DNA of 64,000 bases. It comes from Candidatus Eiseniibacteriota bacterium (GTDB taxonomy: Bacteria > Eisenbacteria > RBG-16-71-46). Shown here piece by piece: positions 9,964 through 20,664 of the stretch. The stretch lies in NCBI GenBank assembly GCA_031370785.1, contig JANMQY010000092.1, positions 8,115 to 72,114 on the forward strand, read 5' to 3'. The number at the start of each line of letters is the position of its first letter. The first letter of the stretch is position 1. The notes under the pieces are model-generated. The model had not been told where the DNA came from, did no database searches, and saw nothing but the letters and a program-made list of their open reading frames with translations. The position numbers and the translations under genes were made by a program.

Positions 9964-12087
9964 TCAGTTGCCGACCACCGCGACCCGCGCGTACAGGGTT
10001 CGGCCGAGAGTCTCCAGCCGCGCGAAGTAGATGCCCGACTGGACGCGCACGCCCTCGTCGCTCGCGAGCGACCAGGTCACGTCCTGCGCGCCCGCCTTCG
10101 CGAGGCCGGCGAACGGGGTCGCGACGTGGCGGCCGAGGACATCGAAGATCTGGAGCTTCGCCTGGGCCTCGCGCTCGAGCGTGAAGCGCAGGTGCAGCGC
10201 TCCCTGCGCCGGGTTCGGGGTCGCCGTGAACTCGAGCGGCGTCACCCCGGGCGCCGCCGTCGCGCGGATCGGACCGAGCATGCCTTCCGGACCCGAGCAT
10301 GCCCTGGCGCCGAGCCAGTAGGTTCCGCCCGCATCGTCGGCGGCATCGGTGAAGCGGAACCGCACTTCATCCGCTCGCAACTCGAGCAGCGCCTCGTGGC
10401 CCGCGAACACGCGCTCGCCGCTCGCGTTCTCGCGATAGATGTTGAATCCGTCCACGTGCGCCTTCGCGTCCACGGCCCAGGTCAGCTCGACCGCGCCATC
10501 GTGGCGTGAGGCCTCGGCATGCCGCAGAACTCCGAGCGGCGGCCCCTCCTCCACGTTCGGATGAGCGGCTGCGGGAATGGCGGTCGCGAAGGCCGCCGGC
10601 GCGCCCTCGATGCTGGTCGCCATGGCCATCGGCGCCGTGCCGGAGGTGTAGTCGTAGTTGAACGACATCAGATCGCCGCGGCTGGTGTAGGTGCTGTTCC
10701 GGTTGTTGCCCATCACCCGGAAGCGCACCTCACGCGAGGGACCGACGTAGGCTGCGGGCGACGTGGTGCTCCAGGTCTTGACCACGTCAGTCGTGCTCAC
10801 CGTGCCGCTGTTGATCTGGACCCACGCGCTCGTGCCCCAGTCCCACAGGTGAAGCGTCTGGGTGCGCGACACCGTGAAGCTGCCCTCGTACGTGACCGTC
10901 AGGTTGAGCGGTGGGTGCGCGAGGAACGCCGAGCCGTACCAGTCGGTGTTGTACTTGCCGCCGGTGACGCCGGCCGACACGCCGATCCGGCTGTCGTCCG
11001 AGAGCGCGAGCCGGGTGTAGTCCCCGGTCGCGAGCGAACCCTTCAGCATGGTCAGCGAAGAAGGGTACTGAGTCGTGTTGATCGGGGGCGGCGGCGGCGG
11101 TCCGCCGCCGTTCACGTAGGTGTCGGTGAAGCCGGTGCCGCTCACCGTGTAGTTCGCGCCGACGCCGGGATCGGCCTGCACGACGATCGTGCCACCGACC
11201 TTGTCCCACGTCGGATCGGGCGCCACGCCGGCCCCGGTCTCGGTCCAGTAGGTCTTGACGGCGTGGTTGTGGAGACGCGTCAGAGCGTCGGCGGTGGGAT
11301 GGCCGTAGGTGTTGCCGTTCCCGCACGAGATGATCGCCACCTCGGGCGTCGTCGCGTTCAGCCAGTTGTCGTTGCTCGAATAGCGCGAGCCGTGGTGGTG
11401 GGCCTTGTAGACCTCGATGTCGCCCACCTGTGGCCCAATGCCGGTCTCGACGTCGTTGCCGAGGCCGGCATCTCCGGTCAGGTCGCCGCTGATCTCCTCG
11501 TCGAAGGCGCCATAGCTGACGCGGAGCACGACGCTCTTCGAGTTCTCGTCCGAGCCGGTGACCGGGTAGACCCCGTCGCCATTCAAGGCAATGCACTTGA
11601 TCAGCACCGGGTTCGCCGAGCCCGGATCGAGGGTGATCGTCTGGTTCTTGGCGATGGTCTGGCGCTTGGCGCCGAGCGTGTTCACGTAGCTCGTGTACGA
11701 GGCGCTCGAGTATGAGTACGCGCGGTCGTAGCCGGCAGTGCCGATCGTGATCCCAACCGCGGCCAAGTCGTCGATGCAGCCGAGATGGTCGGCGTGGTAG
11801 TGGCTGCAGAAATGGTAGTCGACCGTCGTAATGCCCATGCCCTGGAGATACGACTTGATGTTGGTGCAGTCGGTGTAGACGCCGTCGTCGAACAGGGCAG
11901 TCTGGCCGAGCGGCGAGATCAGCAGCGCGCCGTCACCCTGTCCGACATCGATGTGGTGGATCTGGAGTTTGCCGTTGCCGAGCGCGAGTGCGACGGCGGG
12001 AACGAGGAGGGCAAGGCAGGCGGACGCGAGAGCGCGCCGCACGGACAGGAGGCCGCAACAACGGGGGGACCGTCGCATCGGGGACAC
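9964..12087 (-). CDS. Secreted ComEC/Rec2-type metallo-beta-lactamase-fold hydrolase with FlgD/T9SS-like C-terminal domain
   Basis: Signal peptide; IDVGQGD, SHYHADH, KAHHHGS, NTYGHP; Pro linker; CTD TPNP...IFDVLGR...SGIYFARL. Confidence 0.85.
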   Translation of the reverse strand: MSPMRRSPRCCGLLSVRRALASACLALLVPAVALALGNGKLQIHHIDVGQGDGALLISPLGQTALFDDGVYTDCTNIKSYLQGMGITTVDYHFCSHYHADHLGCIDDLAAVGITIGTAGYDRAYSYSSASYTSYVNTLGAKRQTIAKNQTITLDPGSANPVLIKCIALNGDGVYPVTGSDENSKSVVLRVSYGAFDEEISGDLTGDAGLGNDVETGIGPQVGDIEVYKAHHHGSRYSSNDNWLNATTPEVAIISCGNGNTYGHPTADALTRLHNHAVKTYWTETGAGVAPDPTWDKVGGTIVVQADPGVGANYTVSGTGFTDTYVNGGGPPPPPPINTTQYPSSLTMLKGSLATGDYTRLALSDDSRIGVSAGVTGGKYNTDWYGSAFLAHPPLNLTVTYEGSFTVSRTQTLHLWDWGTSAWVQINSGTVSTTDVVKTWSTTSPAAYVGPSREVRFRVMGNNRNSTYTSRGDLMSFNYDYTSGTAPMAMATSIEGAPAAFATAIPAAAHPNVEEGPPLGVLRHAEASRHDGAVELTWAVDAKAHVDGFNIYRENASGERVFAGHEALLELRADEVRFRFTDAADDAGGTYWLGARACSGPEGMLGPIRATAAPGVTPLEFTATPNPAQGALHLRFTLEREAQAKLQIFDVLGRHVATPFAGLAKAGAQDVTWSLASDEGVRVQSGIYFARLETLGRTLYARVAVVGN

Positions 12088-12348
12088 CTCATCCTTCTTG
12101 GGTTGTGAGCGGGACGCGCTGCCGCGCGCCGCTTCGGTGCTGCAGCACTATCTATAGCGTGAGATGTCGCACGATGCCAAGGAAAGTTGTGCGAGGTTCC
12201 GTTTGCGTCAGGATCCGTCGTCCCCGCGAAGGGCGGGCGCCGATGCCCGCGTCGCCTCGACGCCCGCTCGATGCCCGTTGTATCCTGCATGCCCTGTGCG
12301 CGGCTCCAAGTCACGCTTCCACCGCTCGTCATCCGAGGAATCCCCACT

Positions 12349-13557
12349 TTGTGGACCACCATTGAGCGCAAGATCCAGGCGGGCGAGCGGCTGACGCCCG
12401 ATGAGGGCGTCTACCTGCTGAGCGAGGCGCCGCTGCTGGAGATGGGCGCGCTGGCGAACGAGGTGCGGGCGCGCAAGACCGATCCCGGAACCGTGACCTA
12501 CGTCATCGACACCAACCCCAACTACACCAACGTCTGCACGGTGGATTGCCACTTCTGCGCGTTCTATCGGAAGCCGGGAGACGCAGAGGGTTACACGTAC
12601 GACGTCGAAGGCGTGATGAAGATGATGGCGGACGCTCAGAAACTCGGCGCCACGACCGTGCTGCTGCAGGGTGGACTCAATCCCGCAATCCCGTGGGAGT
12701 TCTATCCGACGATCGTTCGCGAAGCGCGCCGGCGCTATCCGGACATCACTCCGCATTTCTTCTCGGCGCCCGAGATTCACCAGATGATGCAGGTCTCCGG
12801 ACTCTCCATGCGCGCCGTGCTCGAGGCGCTCTACGAAGCCGGTCAGCGCTCGCTGCCGGGCGGTGGCGCCGAGATTCTCGCGGCTCGCGTGCGCAAGCGC
12901 ATCTCGGTCAAGAAGGGCGGGCCCGAGGCCTGGCTCGACGTTCATCGCACCGCGCATCAGGTCGGAATGCGCTCGACCGCCACGATGATGTACGGCCACG
13001 TCGAGACCCCGGCGGAAGTGGTGGAGCACCTGAACTACATCCGGGACCTGCAGGACGAGACTCGCGGATTCACCGCGTTCGTGCCGTGGTCCTACAAGCG
13101 CGGCAACACGCCGATGGAATCGAGGGTCAAGCACGTGGCCGGCGCCTCGCAGTACCTGCGCGTGCTGGCAGGCTCGAGGCTCTATCTCGACAACTTCGAT
13201 CACGTTCAGGCCACGTGGTTCAGCGAGGGCAAGAAGACCGGACAGATCGCGCTGCACTTCGGCGCCGACGATTTCGGCGGAACGCTGTTCGAGGAGAACG
13301 TCCATCTCGCGACCGGTCATCTGAACAAGAGCACGATCGCCGAGGTCGAGACTCTGATTCGCGAGGCAGGCTTCACGCCCGCGCAGCGCACCACGCACTA
13401 CCAGATCCTGCGCGTGGCGGAAGGTCCCGAGGCGCTCGAGCGACTGGGCGACGAAGTGCCGGTGTTCGTCGAGAGCCTGCGTGAGTTGCCCGCCGAATAT
13501 CCGGCCGAGCTCGAGGGCGAAGAGCGGACCCCGACGGGGCTGGTCACGCCCCGCTGA
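12349..13557 (+). CDS. mqnC: Cyclic dehypoxanthine futalosine synthase (radical SAM)
   Basis: NYTNVCTVDCHFCAFY (CxxxCxxC), LLQGG, SLPGGGAEIL, GADDFGGTLFEENV; TTG start with GAGGA RBS. Confidence 0.9.
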   Translation: MWTTIERKIQAGERLTPDEGVYLLSEAPLLEMGALANEVRARKTDPGTVTYVIDTNPNYTNVCTVDCHFCAFYRKPGDAEGYTYDVEGVMKMMADAQKLGATTVLLQGGLNPAIPWEFYPTIVREARRRYPDITPHFFSAPEIHQMMQVSGLSMRAVLEALYEAGQRSLPGGGAEILAARVRKRISVKKGGPEAWLDVHRTAHQVGMRSTATMMYGHVETPAEVVEHLNYIRDLQDETRGFTAFVPWSYKRGNTPMESRVKHVAGASQYLRVLAGSRLYLDNFDHVQATWFSEGKKTGQIALHFGADDFGGTLFEENVHLATGHLNKSTIAEVETLIREAGFTPAQRTTHYQILRVAEGPEALERLGDEVPVFVESLRELPAEYPAELEGEERTPTGLVTPR

Positions 13558-13768
13558 GGGCGACTCGAGCCGAATTCCGGGGCCGGCGGGCAAGACGTTC
13601 GAGCCTGCCGGAGACGACTCGGCGGCGCCGGGGGGTGGGCGAATCGGCCCGCGAATGTAGGTCCTGCCGTCACTTTTGAGCATTGCGACCCATTCCCGGT
13701 TCTCGAGCCGGGCGTCGCAAAGGGGCACAAAGCTCTCGGCGGCAGCAGGTTGAGTTTGCGGGCGTTAT

Positions 13769-13785
13769 CGGCTCAGCGATTGCAT
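13769..13785 (+). promoter_or_regulatory. Candidate sigma-54 (-24/-12) promoter for the secreted dehydrogenase-like gene
   Basis: CGGCTCAGCGATTGCAT: GG(13770-71)-N10-GC(13782-83) with TTGCA. Confidence 0.45.
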
Positions 13786-13977
13786 TAGTTTCGAGTTTGG
13801 ACCAGTGCGTTCGGCCCGTGAAGAGCCGGCGCGTGGGCGCGGGGGCTTCTCACCTCGCCCCCACGGCCCGCACCCCTCGCGAGCGCCGGCAATCGACCGA
13901 TCCGGGCCCTGACCACATCCCGGTGACGCCGGCTCAGCGCCGGGTTCTGCGAGCAGGCCGAATCGTTCACAGCACGG

Positions 13978-16900
13978 ATGCCTTTCACGAACTATCGAGG
14001 TTCAGATTTGATCCGCTCAGTGCGCATTGCTTCGCTGGCCGCCATGCTTCTGCTTTGCCTCGCAGCCGCAGCGCACGCAGCCCTTCCCCCCGGTTTCGTG
14101 GCGGAGGACGTCGCGCCGGGCGCGGTATTCGTCACGCCGGTGCAGGTCGCCTACCTGCCCGGCGGCCGCATGCTCGTGGTCGAGAAGCGCGGCCGGCTCT
14201 GGACGGTATCGAACGGCGTCAAGTACCCGACCCCGCTCTGGCAGGCCGATAACGAGGTGCTCGACGAGCAGGATCGTGGCTTCCTCAGCGTCGCGGTGGA
14301 TCCGAACTACCTCGTCAATCATTACCTCTACCTGCTGTACACGGTGGATCCGGATTCGAACGGTGTCGATGACAACAGCCCGGGGTTCGGAAGGCTCACG
14401 CGCTATCAGGTGAGCTTCGCGGACTCGAACGTCCTCATTCCCTCCTCGCGCACCATTCTCATGGGCACGACCTGGTCAGATGCCCCCGAGATCGGCTCGC
14501 CCTCGCACTCCATCGGGACGCTGCGCTGGGGCCGTGACGGAAGCCTGCTGGTGTCGTCCGGCGACGGGGCGCTGTTCGACTATCTGGACGCCGGCGGCCA
14601 GAGCCCGTCAATGTTCCTTCCAGGGCGCGTGCCGCCCTACGAAGACATCGGGGCGTTCCGCTCGCAGTCCATCAGCACGCTGTGCGGGAAGATCCTGCGG
14701 CTCAATCCCGCGAACGGACACGGTTACGCGAGCAACCCCTTCGCCGACTCGAACCTTGCGAGCAAGCGCTCGAAGATCTGGGCGTACGGACTGCGCAATC
14801 CGTACCGTTTCACGGTGAAGCCTGCCAGTGGCCCGGTCCCGGATACTTCTCTCGGCCAACCCGGCACGCTCTACATCGGTGAAGTGGGCTGGGCGACGTG
14901 GGAGGAGCTCAACATTGCGCCGCAGGGCGGCCTCAACTTCGGCTGGCCGTGCTATGAAGGCCTTGGCCCCCAACCCTCCTACCAGGGCGCGACGCCGCCG
15001 CACAACGGCTGTAACTCGATCGGCACATCGGACAACCCCTCGCCGGTGACTGCGCCCGCAGCCACCTGGAACCACGATGACCCGAATGCGAGCGAGCCAC
15101 CGGGCGTCAAGGGCAACACCTCGATCGGCGGGCAGATCTATCGCGGGATGCTCTACCCGGGCCAGTACCGGAACAAGTACTTCCAGATGGACTACGGGCA
15201 GAACTGGATGAAGGTCGCGATCATCGACACGCTCGAACACGTGGTCGAGTTCCAGAACTTCGCGGACAGCCTGAAAGGGCCGGTCGATCTCGAGATCGAG
15301 CCGGTGAGCGGCAACCTCGTCTACATCTCGATCTACACCAGCAAGATCTTCCGCATCCGCTACACGGGCTCGGTCCCCGGCAACTCACCGCCGCAGGCGA
15401 TCGCGCACGGGGCTCCGACGGTCGGCGCGCCGCCGACCACCGTGAACTTCTCGAGCGACGGCACGAGCGATCCCGAGGGCGACCCGATTTCGTTCAGCTG
15501 GAACTTCGGCGACTCGCAGGGCTCCTCCGCACCGAACCCCGCGCACACCTACACGCTGCCGGGCACGTACCAGGCGGTCCTGACCGTCACCGACACGCTC
15601 GGCCAGATCGGCCGCGACACCGTGACCGTCCTGATGGTCGCCTCGGGCCCCTTCCCGACGACCGGCGTGCTCGACAACTTCAATCGTCCGAACGGCGCGA
15701 TCGGCAGCTCCTGGACCGGCGACACGAACGGCCTGGTCATCAGCAACAACCAGCTCACGCAGACCTGCTGCTACGCGACGACCGCTTGGGACGGCGCGAT
15801 CTTCGGGCCGGACCAGGAGGTCTTCATCCACTTCAACCAGGCGACGCCCAACGCGTACGAACACGACGTGCTGCTCAAGATTCAGGGCACCACCACCTAC
15901 GCGGGCCACATCGAGTGCCGTTGGGATGGAATCGGCAATGTGGTGACGGTGGACACTTACGATCCGACGACGACGTGGGTGAACTGGGGCACGTTCAACG
16001 GGGTTTCGTTCCAGGCCGGCGATACCTTCGGAGCGCGCGCCTCCGCGGACGGCACGGTGCAGGTCTTCAAGAACGGAATCTCGTTCGGCATCTGCTCGGT
16101 GGCCGGGTGGCGATTCGCGAACGGCGGCGGTCGCGTCGGGCTCACTCTGAATGGCGCGACCTCTTCGCTGCTCGACGATTTCGGCGGCGGCAACGCGGTG
16201 CTGGTCACCAACGCGAAGCCGCACGCCACGATCGGAATGCCGGCGGACAGCTCGTTCTACGCGACCGGCGACACGATCCGCTGCTCGGGCAGCGGGACGG
16301 ACGCAGAGGACCCGCCGAGCGCGCTCTTCTATCGGTGGGAGGTCGACCTCCACCACAACACTCACGTCCATCCGCTGGTCGAGCAGGCGGACAGCACCGC
16401 CCTTTCCTTCGTTGGGGAAAATCACGACGACGGAACCGGCGTCCACCTCGAGATGCGATTCATCGTGACCGACACCGGTGGCCTCAGGGACACTGCCAGG
16501 GTTTCGATCTTCCCGCGCACCAACCTGACGCCGTCGAGCGTGCTCATCAATCCGGGTAATCCGGGCACGTCGAATCCGGCCGCCTACCAGTTCTGGATCC
16601 GCAACCGCGAGGCGATGCCCTCGGCCATCTCGCGCTGGCGCCTGATCGCCGACAACACCATGCTCGCCCAGGGCGACACCGTCGTCCCCGGCAACGACAG
16701 CGTGCAGGTGACCCGCATCATTCCGCCGGTCCTTTCCCCGGGCAATCACGTGATCCGTGTGAAGGTGGACACGCTCGGCACCGTGGTGGAAACCAACGAG
16801 AGCGACAATGCCGCGACCCGGACGATCACGGTGGTCTCCGGCAACGGCACGCTGGGCGCGCCGCCGGTGCCGCTCACTTTCGCGCTCTCGGGCGCCACGC

Positions 16901-17151
16901 CCAATCCGGGCCCGGGGCGGGTCGCGTTCGCACTCCAGCTTCCGCAGGAGTCCCGCGTCGAAATGGCCATCCTCGACATCCAGGGCCGGCGGGTGTGGAG
17001 CGAACAGTCGCGAACCCTCGGCGCGGGGAACTGGACGCTGCGCTGGACCGGGCGCGATCTCGACGGGACTGCGGTTCGCTCCGGAGTCTTCCTGGCCCGG
17101 ATCACGGTGGACGGTCGCAGCTACGTGCGACGATTCGCGATCCTGCGGTAG
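13978..17151 (+). CDS. Secreted glucose/sorbosone-dehydrogenase-like (PQQ beta-propeller) protein with PKD, Ig/CARDB and FlgD-like CTD
   Basis: Signal peptide; GKILRLNP, IWAYGLRNPYRF, NFGWPCYEG; PKD WNFGD...HTYT; CARDB VDTLGTVVETNESDN; CTD ILDIQGRRV...SGVFLARI. Confidence 0.88.
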   Translation: MPFTNYRGSDLIRSVRIASLAAMLLLCLAAAAHAALPPGFVAEDVAPGAVFVTPVQVAYLPGGRMLVVEKRGRLWTVSNGVKYPTPLWQADNEVLDEQDRGFLSVAVDPNYLVNHYLYLLYTVDPDSNGVDDNSPGFGRLTRYQVSFADSNVLIPSSRTILMGTTWSDAPEIGSPSHSIGTLRWGRDGSLLVSSGDGALFDYLDAGGQSPSMFLPGRVPPYEDIGAFRSQSISTLCGKILRLNPANGHGYASNPFADSNLASKRSKIWAYGLRNPYRFTVKPASGPVPDTSLGQPGTLYIGEVGWATWEELNIAPQGGLNFGWPCYEGLGPQPSYQGATPPHNGCNSIGTSDNPSPVTAPAATWNHDDPNASEPPGVKGNTSIGGQIYRGMLYPGQYRNKYFQMDYGQNWMKVAIIDTLEHVVEFQNFADSLKGPVDLEIEPVSGNLVYISIYTSKIFRIRYTGSVPGNSPPQAIAHGAPTVGAPPTTVNFSSDGTSDPEGDPISFSWNFGDSQGSSAPNPAHTYTLPGTYQAVLTVTDTLGQIGRDTVTVLMVASGPFPTTGVLDNFNRPNGAIGSSWTGDTNGLVISNNQLTQTCCYATTAWDGAIFGPDQEVFIHFNQATPNAYEHDVLLKIQGTTTYAGHIECRWDGIGNVVTVDTYDPTTTWVNWGTFNGVSFQAGDTFGARASADGTVQVFKNGISFGICSVAGWRFANGGGRVGLTLNGATSSLLDDFGGGNAVLVTNAKPHATIGMPADSSFYATGDTIRCSGSGTDAEDPPSALFYRWEVDLHHNTHVHPLVEQADSTALSFVGENHDDGTGVHLEMRFIVTDTGGLRDTARVSIFPRTNLTPSSVLINPGNPGTSNPAAYQFWIRNREAMPSAISRWRLIADNTMLAQGDTVVPGNDSVQVTRIIPPVLSPGNHVIRVKVDTLGTVVETNESDNAATRTITVVSGNGTLGAPPVPLTFALSGATPNPGPGRVAFALQLPQESRVEMAILDIQGRRVWSEQSRTLGAGNWTLRWTGRDLDGTAVRSGVFLARITVDGRSYVRRFAILR

Positions 17152-17211
17152 GGTAGAAGGAGACTCGCGCTCCGGCTGGACGCGGGTGATCTCCAACAGG
17201 GCAGGCCGTGC

Positions 17212-18171
17212 ATGAGTGTCGCCCAACCGGGCGTCCAATCCCGTCTGACACCATTCACGCTTGCGTACCTGAGCCTCGCGCTGGCTTCGGGGCTCGGCCT
17301 GCTGCACTGGCGGATGGTGGACGTGCACAACCTCGATTTCATGCGGAGCTGGCACTCCGCAATCATCGAGGGCCGTGGACCGTATCCCGACCAGTACCGT
17401 TTCCTCACGTTTTTCCTGGCCGAGCTTCTGGTCCGGCTCGGTCTCCCGGTGACCGGCGCGCACTCGCTGCTCAGGCTGCTCTTCACCTCCGCGAGTCTCT
17501 ACGTCTTCTATCGCTACCTCGCCGGCTGGTTCAGCGCGATGACTTCGTTGCTCGGATTCTTCATGCTCGCGGCGATCCTGCCGTTCTCGTACCTGTTCTA
17601 CCGCATGCAGGTCACCGACCCGCTGAATCTGCTGATCTTCATCCTTGCGCTGTGGGCGATGCGCGATCGGCGCGACCTCGCGCTCTATCCGCTGGTCGCG
17701 GTCGGGATGTTGAATCGCGAGGCAGTGATCCTGATCCCGATCCTCTGCGCCTGCGTCCGCGCGGGGGTCGCGCCACTCCGTAGCTGGCTGCCACACGCGC
17801 TGGCGCTCGCACTTCTCGCGGCGGGAATCTACGCCGGGCTACGTCTTGTCTTCGGGCTGAGAGAGCCGTATGCGGGCAGCGGCCTCGCCTTGCTGCTGGG
17901 CTGCTGGAGATTCAATGCGGGACACTGGGCAGGATGGGTCCAGCTTCTGGCGTTCTTCAACCTCGCCCTGATCTTTGCGTGGCGTGGTCTGAGCCGGCGC
18001 CCGATATTTCTGCGCCGCGCCCTCTGGATCGTTCCTATTTTCATGGCGATCCATTTCTCGGTCGGGCATCTTCGCGAGATCAGGCTCTACCTGCCGTTGG
18101 TTCCGATCCTGGTGCCGCTGACGCTGATGGCGCTCGAGGAGCGCCTCGCCGGCCCCGCCCGGGCAGCCTGA
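17212..18171 (+). CDS. Polytopic membrane protein, possibly GT-C-like
   Basis: About 9 TM helices; conserved-looking PYPDQYRFL, TDP, NRE and REIRLY motifs. Confidence 0.6.
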   Translation: MSVAQPGVQSRLTPFTLAYLSLALASGLGLLHWRMVDVHNLDFMRSWHSAIIEGRGPYPDQYRFLTFFLAELLVRLGLPVTGAHSLLRLLFTSASLYVFYRYLAGWFSAMTSLLGFFMLAAILPFSYLFYRMQVTDPLNLLIFILALWAMRDRRDLALYPLVAVGMLNREAVILIPILCACVRAGVAPLRSWLPHALALALLAAGIYAGLRLVFGLREPYAGSGLALLLGCWRFNAGHWAGWVQLLAFFNLALIFAWRGLSRRPIFLRRALWIVPIFMAIHFSVGHLREIRLYLPLVPILVPLTLMALEERLAGPARAA

Positions 18172-18175
18172 TCGC

Positions 18176-19933
18176 TCAGCGTGCGGCAGACCCGGCTGCG
18201 CTGGACCGGGTCGCACGGAGTGCTCCCCGGTCGGCCAGCGCGGGCTCGAGCGGCTTCAGCTCCAGCCACACGATCGTGAAGCCGTCCGCGCTCTTGAACT
18301 CCGAGACGCGCGAGACGTTCCACTCCGCACGGTGCAGCGCCTCGAGCGGATGCTCGAGCAAGTCCCTCCATTGCGGCCACGCGTGCTGCGCATCTCGGAA
18401 CACCAGCAGCACGTGACGGAAGTCCACGCGCCGCCGGCACGCGGTGATCTGATCGGGCGACTCCACCAGGTGAATCACCGGGCGGCGCGCCTCCCAAGCG
18501 AGTGAGGGACCGAGGTTGCTCATCACCGGCTGGCCCGGCGTGATGTCGCGGCTCATCAGGCGTGCGATCTGGAGCAGGGTGAGGGTCGAGGGCACTCCGC
18601 GCTCGGTCGAGGTGAGCCGGGCCTCGCGATGGCCGAGCACGGTCTGGCGCGCCCCCCACCCGATCACGAGCAGCGCGACCGCCACCGAAAGCACGCGCCG
18701 CATGGAAAGCGACAGGCCGTCGGCGCGCGCGAGCAGCGCCCACAGCGCGAGCAGCCCCGCCGCCTCGACCAGCACCCGGGTGGGAAAGAGGTAGCGCAGC
18801 TGCGGCACGCTGATCGCGGCGGTCAGGACGCCGGCCGCGGCGAGCGCGAGCGCTGTAATGCCTGCCCAGCGCGCGGTGCGCGGTTCGCGGGTGGCGGCAA
18901 CCCACAGCACCAGTGCTCCCATCAGGAGCGCGCGCGGACCGGTGAGCATCTGCAGCGCGAGGGTCGGGAGATTGCGCGCGACCTTGAGCGCGAGCAGGCG
19001 CACCGCCTCGAACCCGGTCGGCGTGGCGGGAAGGCTCGGCGCATTGAAGATCGAGAACCAGGTGCGGCCCTGCACGCCGTCCCACACCGAATACCGCGAG
19101 AGATCCCACGCCGGGGAGCCGAACTCGCGCCACTTGTACAGCCACCACGGGGTGAGCGGCAGTGCGTAGCCGGCGAGCACCAGTGCGAGCGTGCGCGCGC
19201 GGCGCCCCGGCGGCGCCAGAGCCGCGGTTCCGAGCGCGAACAGCGGCGCCAGCCACAGCATGCTGCCCCGGAACGCGCCGGTGAAGCCCAGCTCGAGGCC
19301 GAAGATGAACGGGAGCCTGGGCGAGATTCCGAGCGCCATCGCTGCAACCGCCCCGAGCAGCCCCAGCGTGAACGGAAGCTCGGTGAAGCCACCGACCGCG
19401 AAGTGCTGGGCCTCCGGATCGAGAAGGAACGCCATCCCGACCATCGTTCCCGCCAGCACCCGTGTGATCAACGACACCTGCGGCGCGAATCGCCTGAGGA
19501 CGTGCGAGGTGGCAAGCGCGAGCCCGACCGCGATGACGATGAAGCTGATGAACGGGATGACCAGCACCATCCACTCCATCTGATCCGGGCGCCTTGCATC
19601 CACGACCCGATCGTCGCTCACGCGAAAATCGGGCGGCGCGAACTGGAACAGGATCGCTTCCGAGATCACGAGCCCGGGCTGCACCAGCGCCAGCGGCCAG
19701 GGTGGCGTCGGGTGCCGTTCCAGCTCGACCGGCAGGGCATAGGTGGTGGCGAAGCGGCCGTGCCGGGCGAGCTCCCGGGCCGCGACCGCGTACTGCGCGG
19801 AGTCGTAGCTCAGGATCGCCGAACGGTTGCCGAGGCTCCACGCATCGGCGTGAAGCAGCCACAGCCCGAATCCGGCCGCCGAGAGCGCGAGGAACATCGC
19901 GAGGTGGGAGAGAAAGCGCGGAACTCGATTCAT
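18176..19933 (-). CDS. GT-C-fold (GT39/ArnT-like) membrane glycosyltransferase
   Basis: SYDSAQYAVAARELARHG motif after TM1, FTELPF, RYLFP; many TM helices. Confidence 0.7.
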   Translation of the reverse strand: MNRVPRFLSHLAMFLALSAAGFGLWLLHADAWSLGNRSAILSYDSAQYAVAARELARHGRFATTYALPVELERHPTPPWPLALVQPGLVISEAILFQFAPPDFRVSDDRVVDARRPDQMEWMVLVIPFISFIVIAVGLALATSHVLRRFAPQVSLITRVLAGTMVGMAFLLDPEAQHFAVGGFTELPFTLGLLGAVAAMALGISPRLPFIFGLELGFTGAFRGSMLWLAPLFALGTAALAPPGRRARTLALVLAGYALPLTPWWLYKWREFGSPAWDLSRYSVWDGVQGRTWFSIFNAPSLPATPTGFEAVRLLALKVARNLPTLALQMLTGPRALLMGALVLWVAATREPRTARWAGITALALAAAGVLTAAISVPQLRYLFPTRVLVEAAGLLALWALLARADGLSLSMRRVLSVAVALLVIGWGARQTVLGHREARLTSTERGVPSTLTLLQIARLMSRDITPGQPVMSNLGPSLAWEARRPVIHLVESPDQITACRRRVDFRHVLLVFRDAQHAWPQWRDLLEHPLEALHRAEWNVSRVSEFKSADGFTIVWLELKPLEPALADRGALRATRSSAAGSAAR

Positions 19934-20016
19934 GCGCGCACACTAACCACCCGACCCCTCTGCCGACAAACCGGGGCTGACTTGCAGCGCGTAATCCAAC
20001 CCGGCACGCTACCGCC

Positions 20017-20664
20017 ATGAGTGCCGCTCCGCATCGCGCGGAATTCATTCATCGCTTCGCACCGGGACGTCCCGGCGCGAAGCGCACGCTTCTGCTGCTG
20101 CACGGCACCGGTGGCGACGAGCACGATCTCGAGCCCCTCGGCACCCTGCTCGACCCCGACGCCGCACAGCTCGCACCGCGCGGCCCGGTGCTCGAGCACG
20201 GCATGCCGCGGTTCTTCAGGCGTCTGAGCGAAGGGCTTTTCGACCTCGAGGACCTTCGCGCGCGGACTCATGATCTGGCCGAATTCATCCGTCAGGCCGC
20301 AACACGCTACCGGTTCGACCCGGGGTCGGTGGTCGCGGTCGGCTTCTCGAACGGCGCGAACATCGCGGCCAGCCTGCTACTGCTGCATCCCGGAGTGCTG
20401 GCCGGCGCGGTGCTCCTGAGCCCGATGGTTCCGTTCGAACCCGGCCCCGGCACCGACCTGGCGGGGGTTCCGGTTTTCATCGGCGCGGGGCGCACCGATA
20501 CGATCGCGCGCCCCGAGCAGGCCGAGCGCCTCGCCGCGCTGCTCAGGGAGCGCGGTGCCAACGTGACGCTGCACTGGCACCCGGGCGGGCACGGCATCGA
20601 CCGCGCGACCGTGAACGCGGCACGCGACTGGCTTGCATCGTCCTTGACGGAGAGCCGCGGATGA
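20017..20664 (+). CDS. Alpha/beta hydrolase (phospholipase/carboxylesterase, MhqD-like)
   Basis: LLHGTGGDE, GFSNGA nucleophile elbow, Asp (RTD), GGH. Confidence 0.9.
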   Translation: MSAAPHRAEFIHRFAPGRPGAKRTLLLLHGTGGDEHDLEPLGTLLDPDAAQLAPRGPVLEHGMPRFFRRLSEGLFDLEDLRARTHDLAEFIRQAATRYRFDPGSVVAVGFSNGANIAASLLLLHPGVLAGAVLLSPMVPFEPGPGTDLAGVPVFIGAGRTDTIARPEQAERLAALLRERGANVTLHWHPGGHGIDRATVNAARDWLASSLTESRG

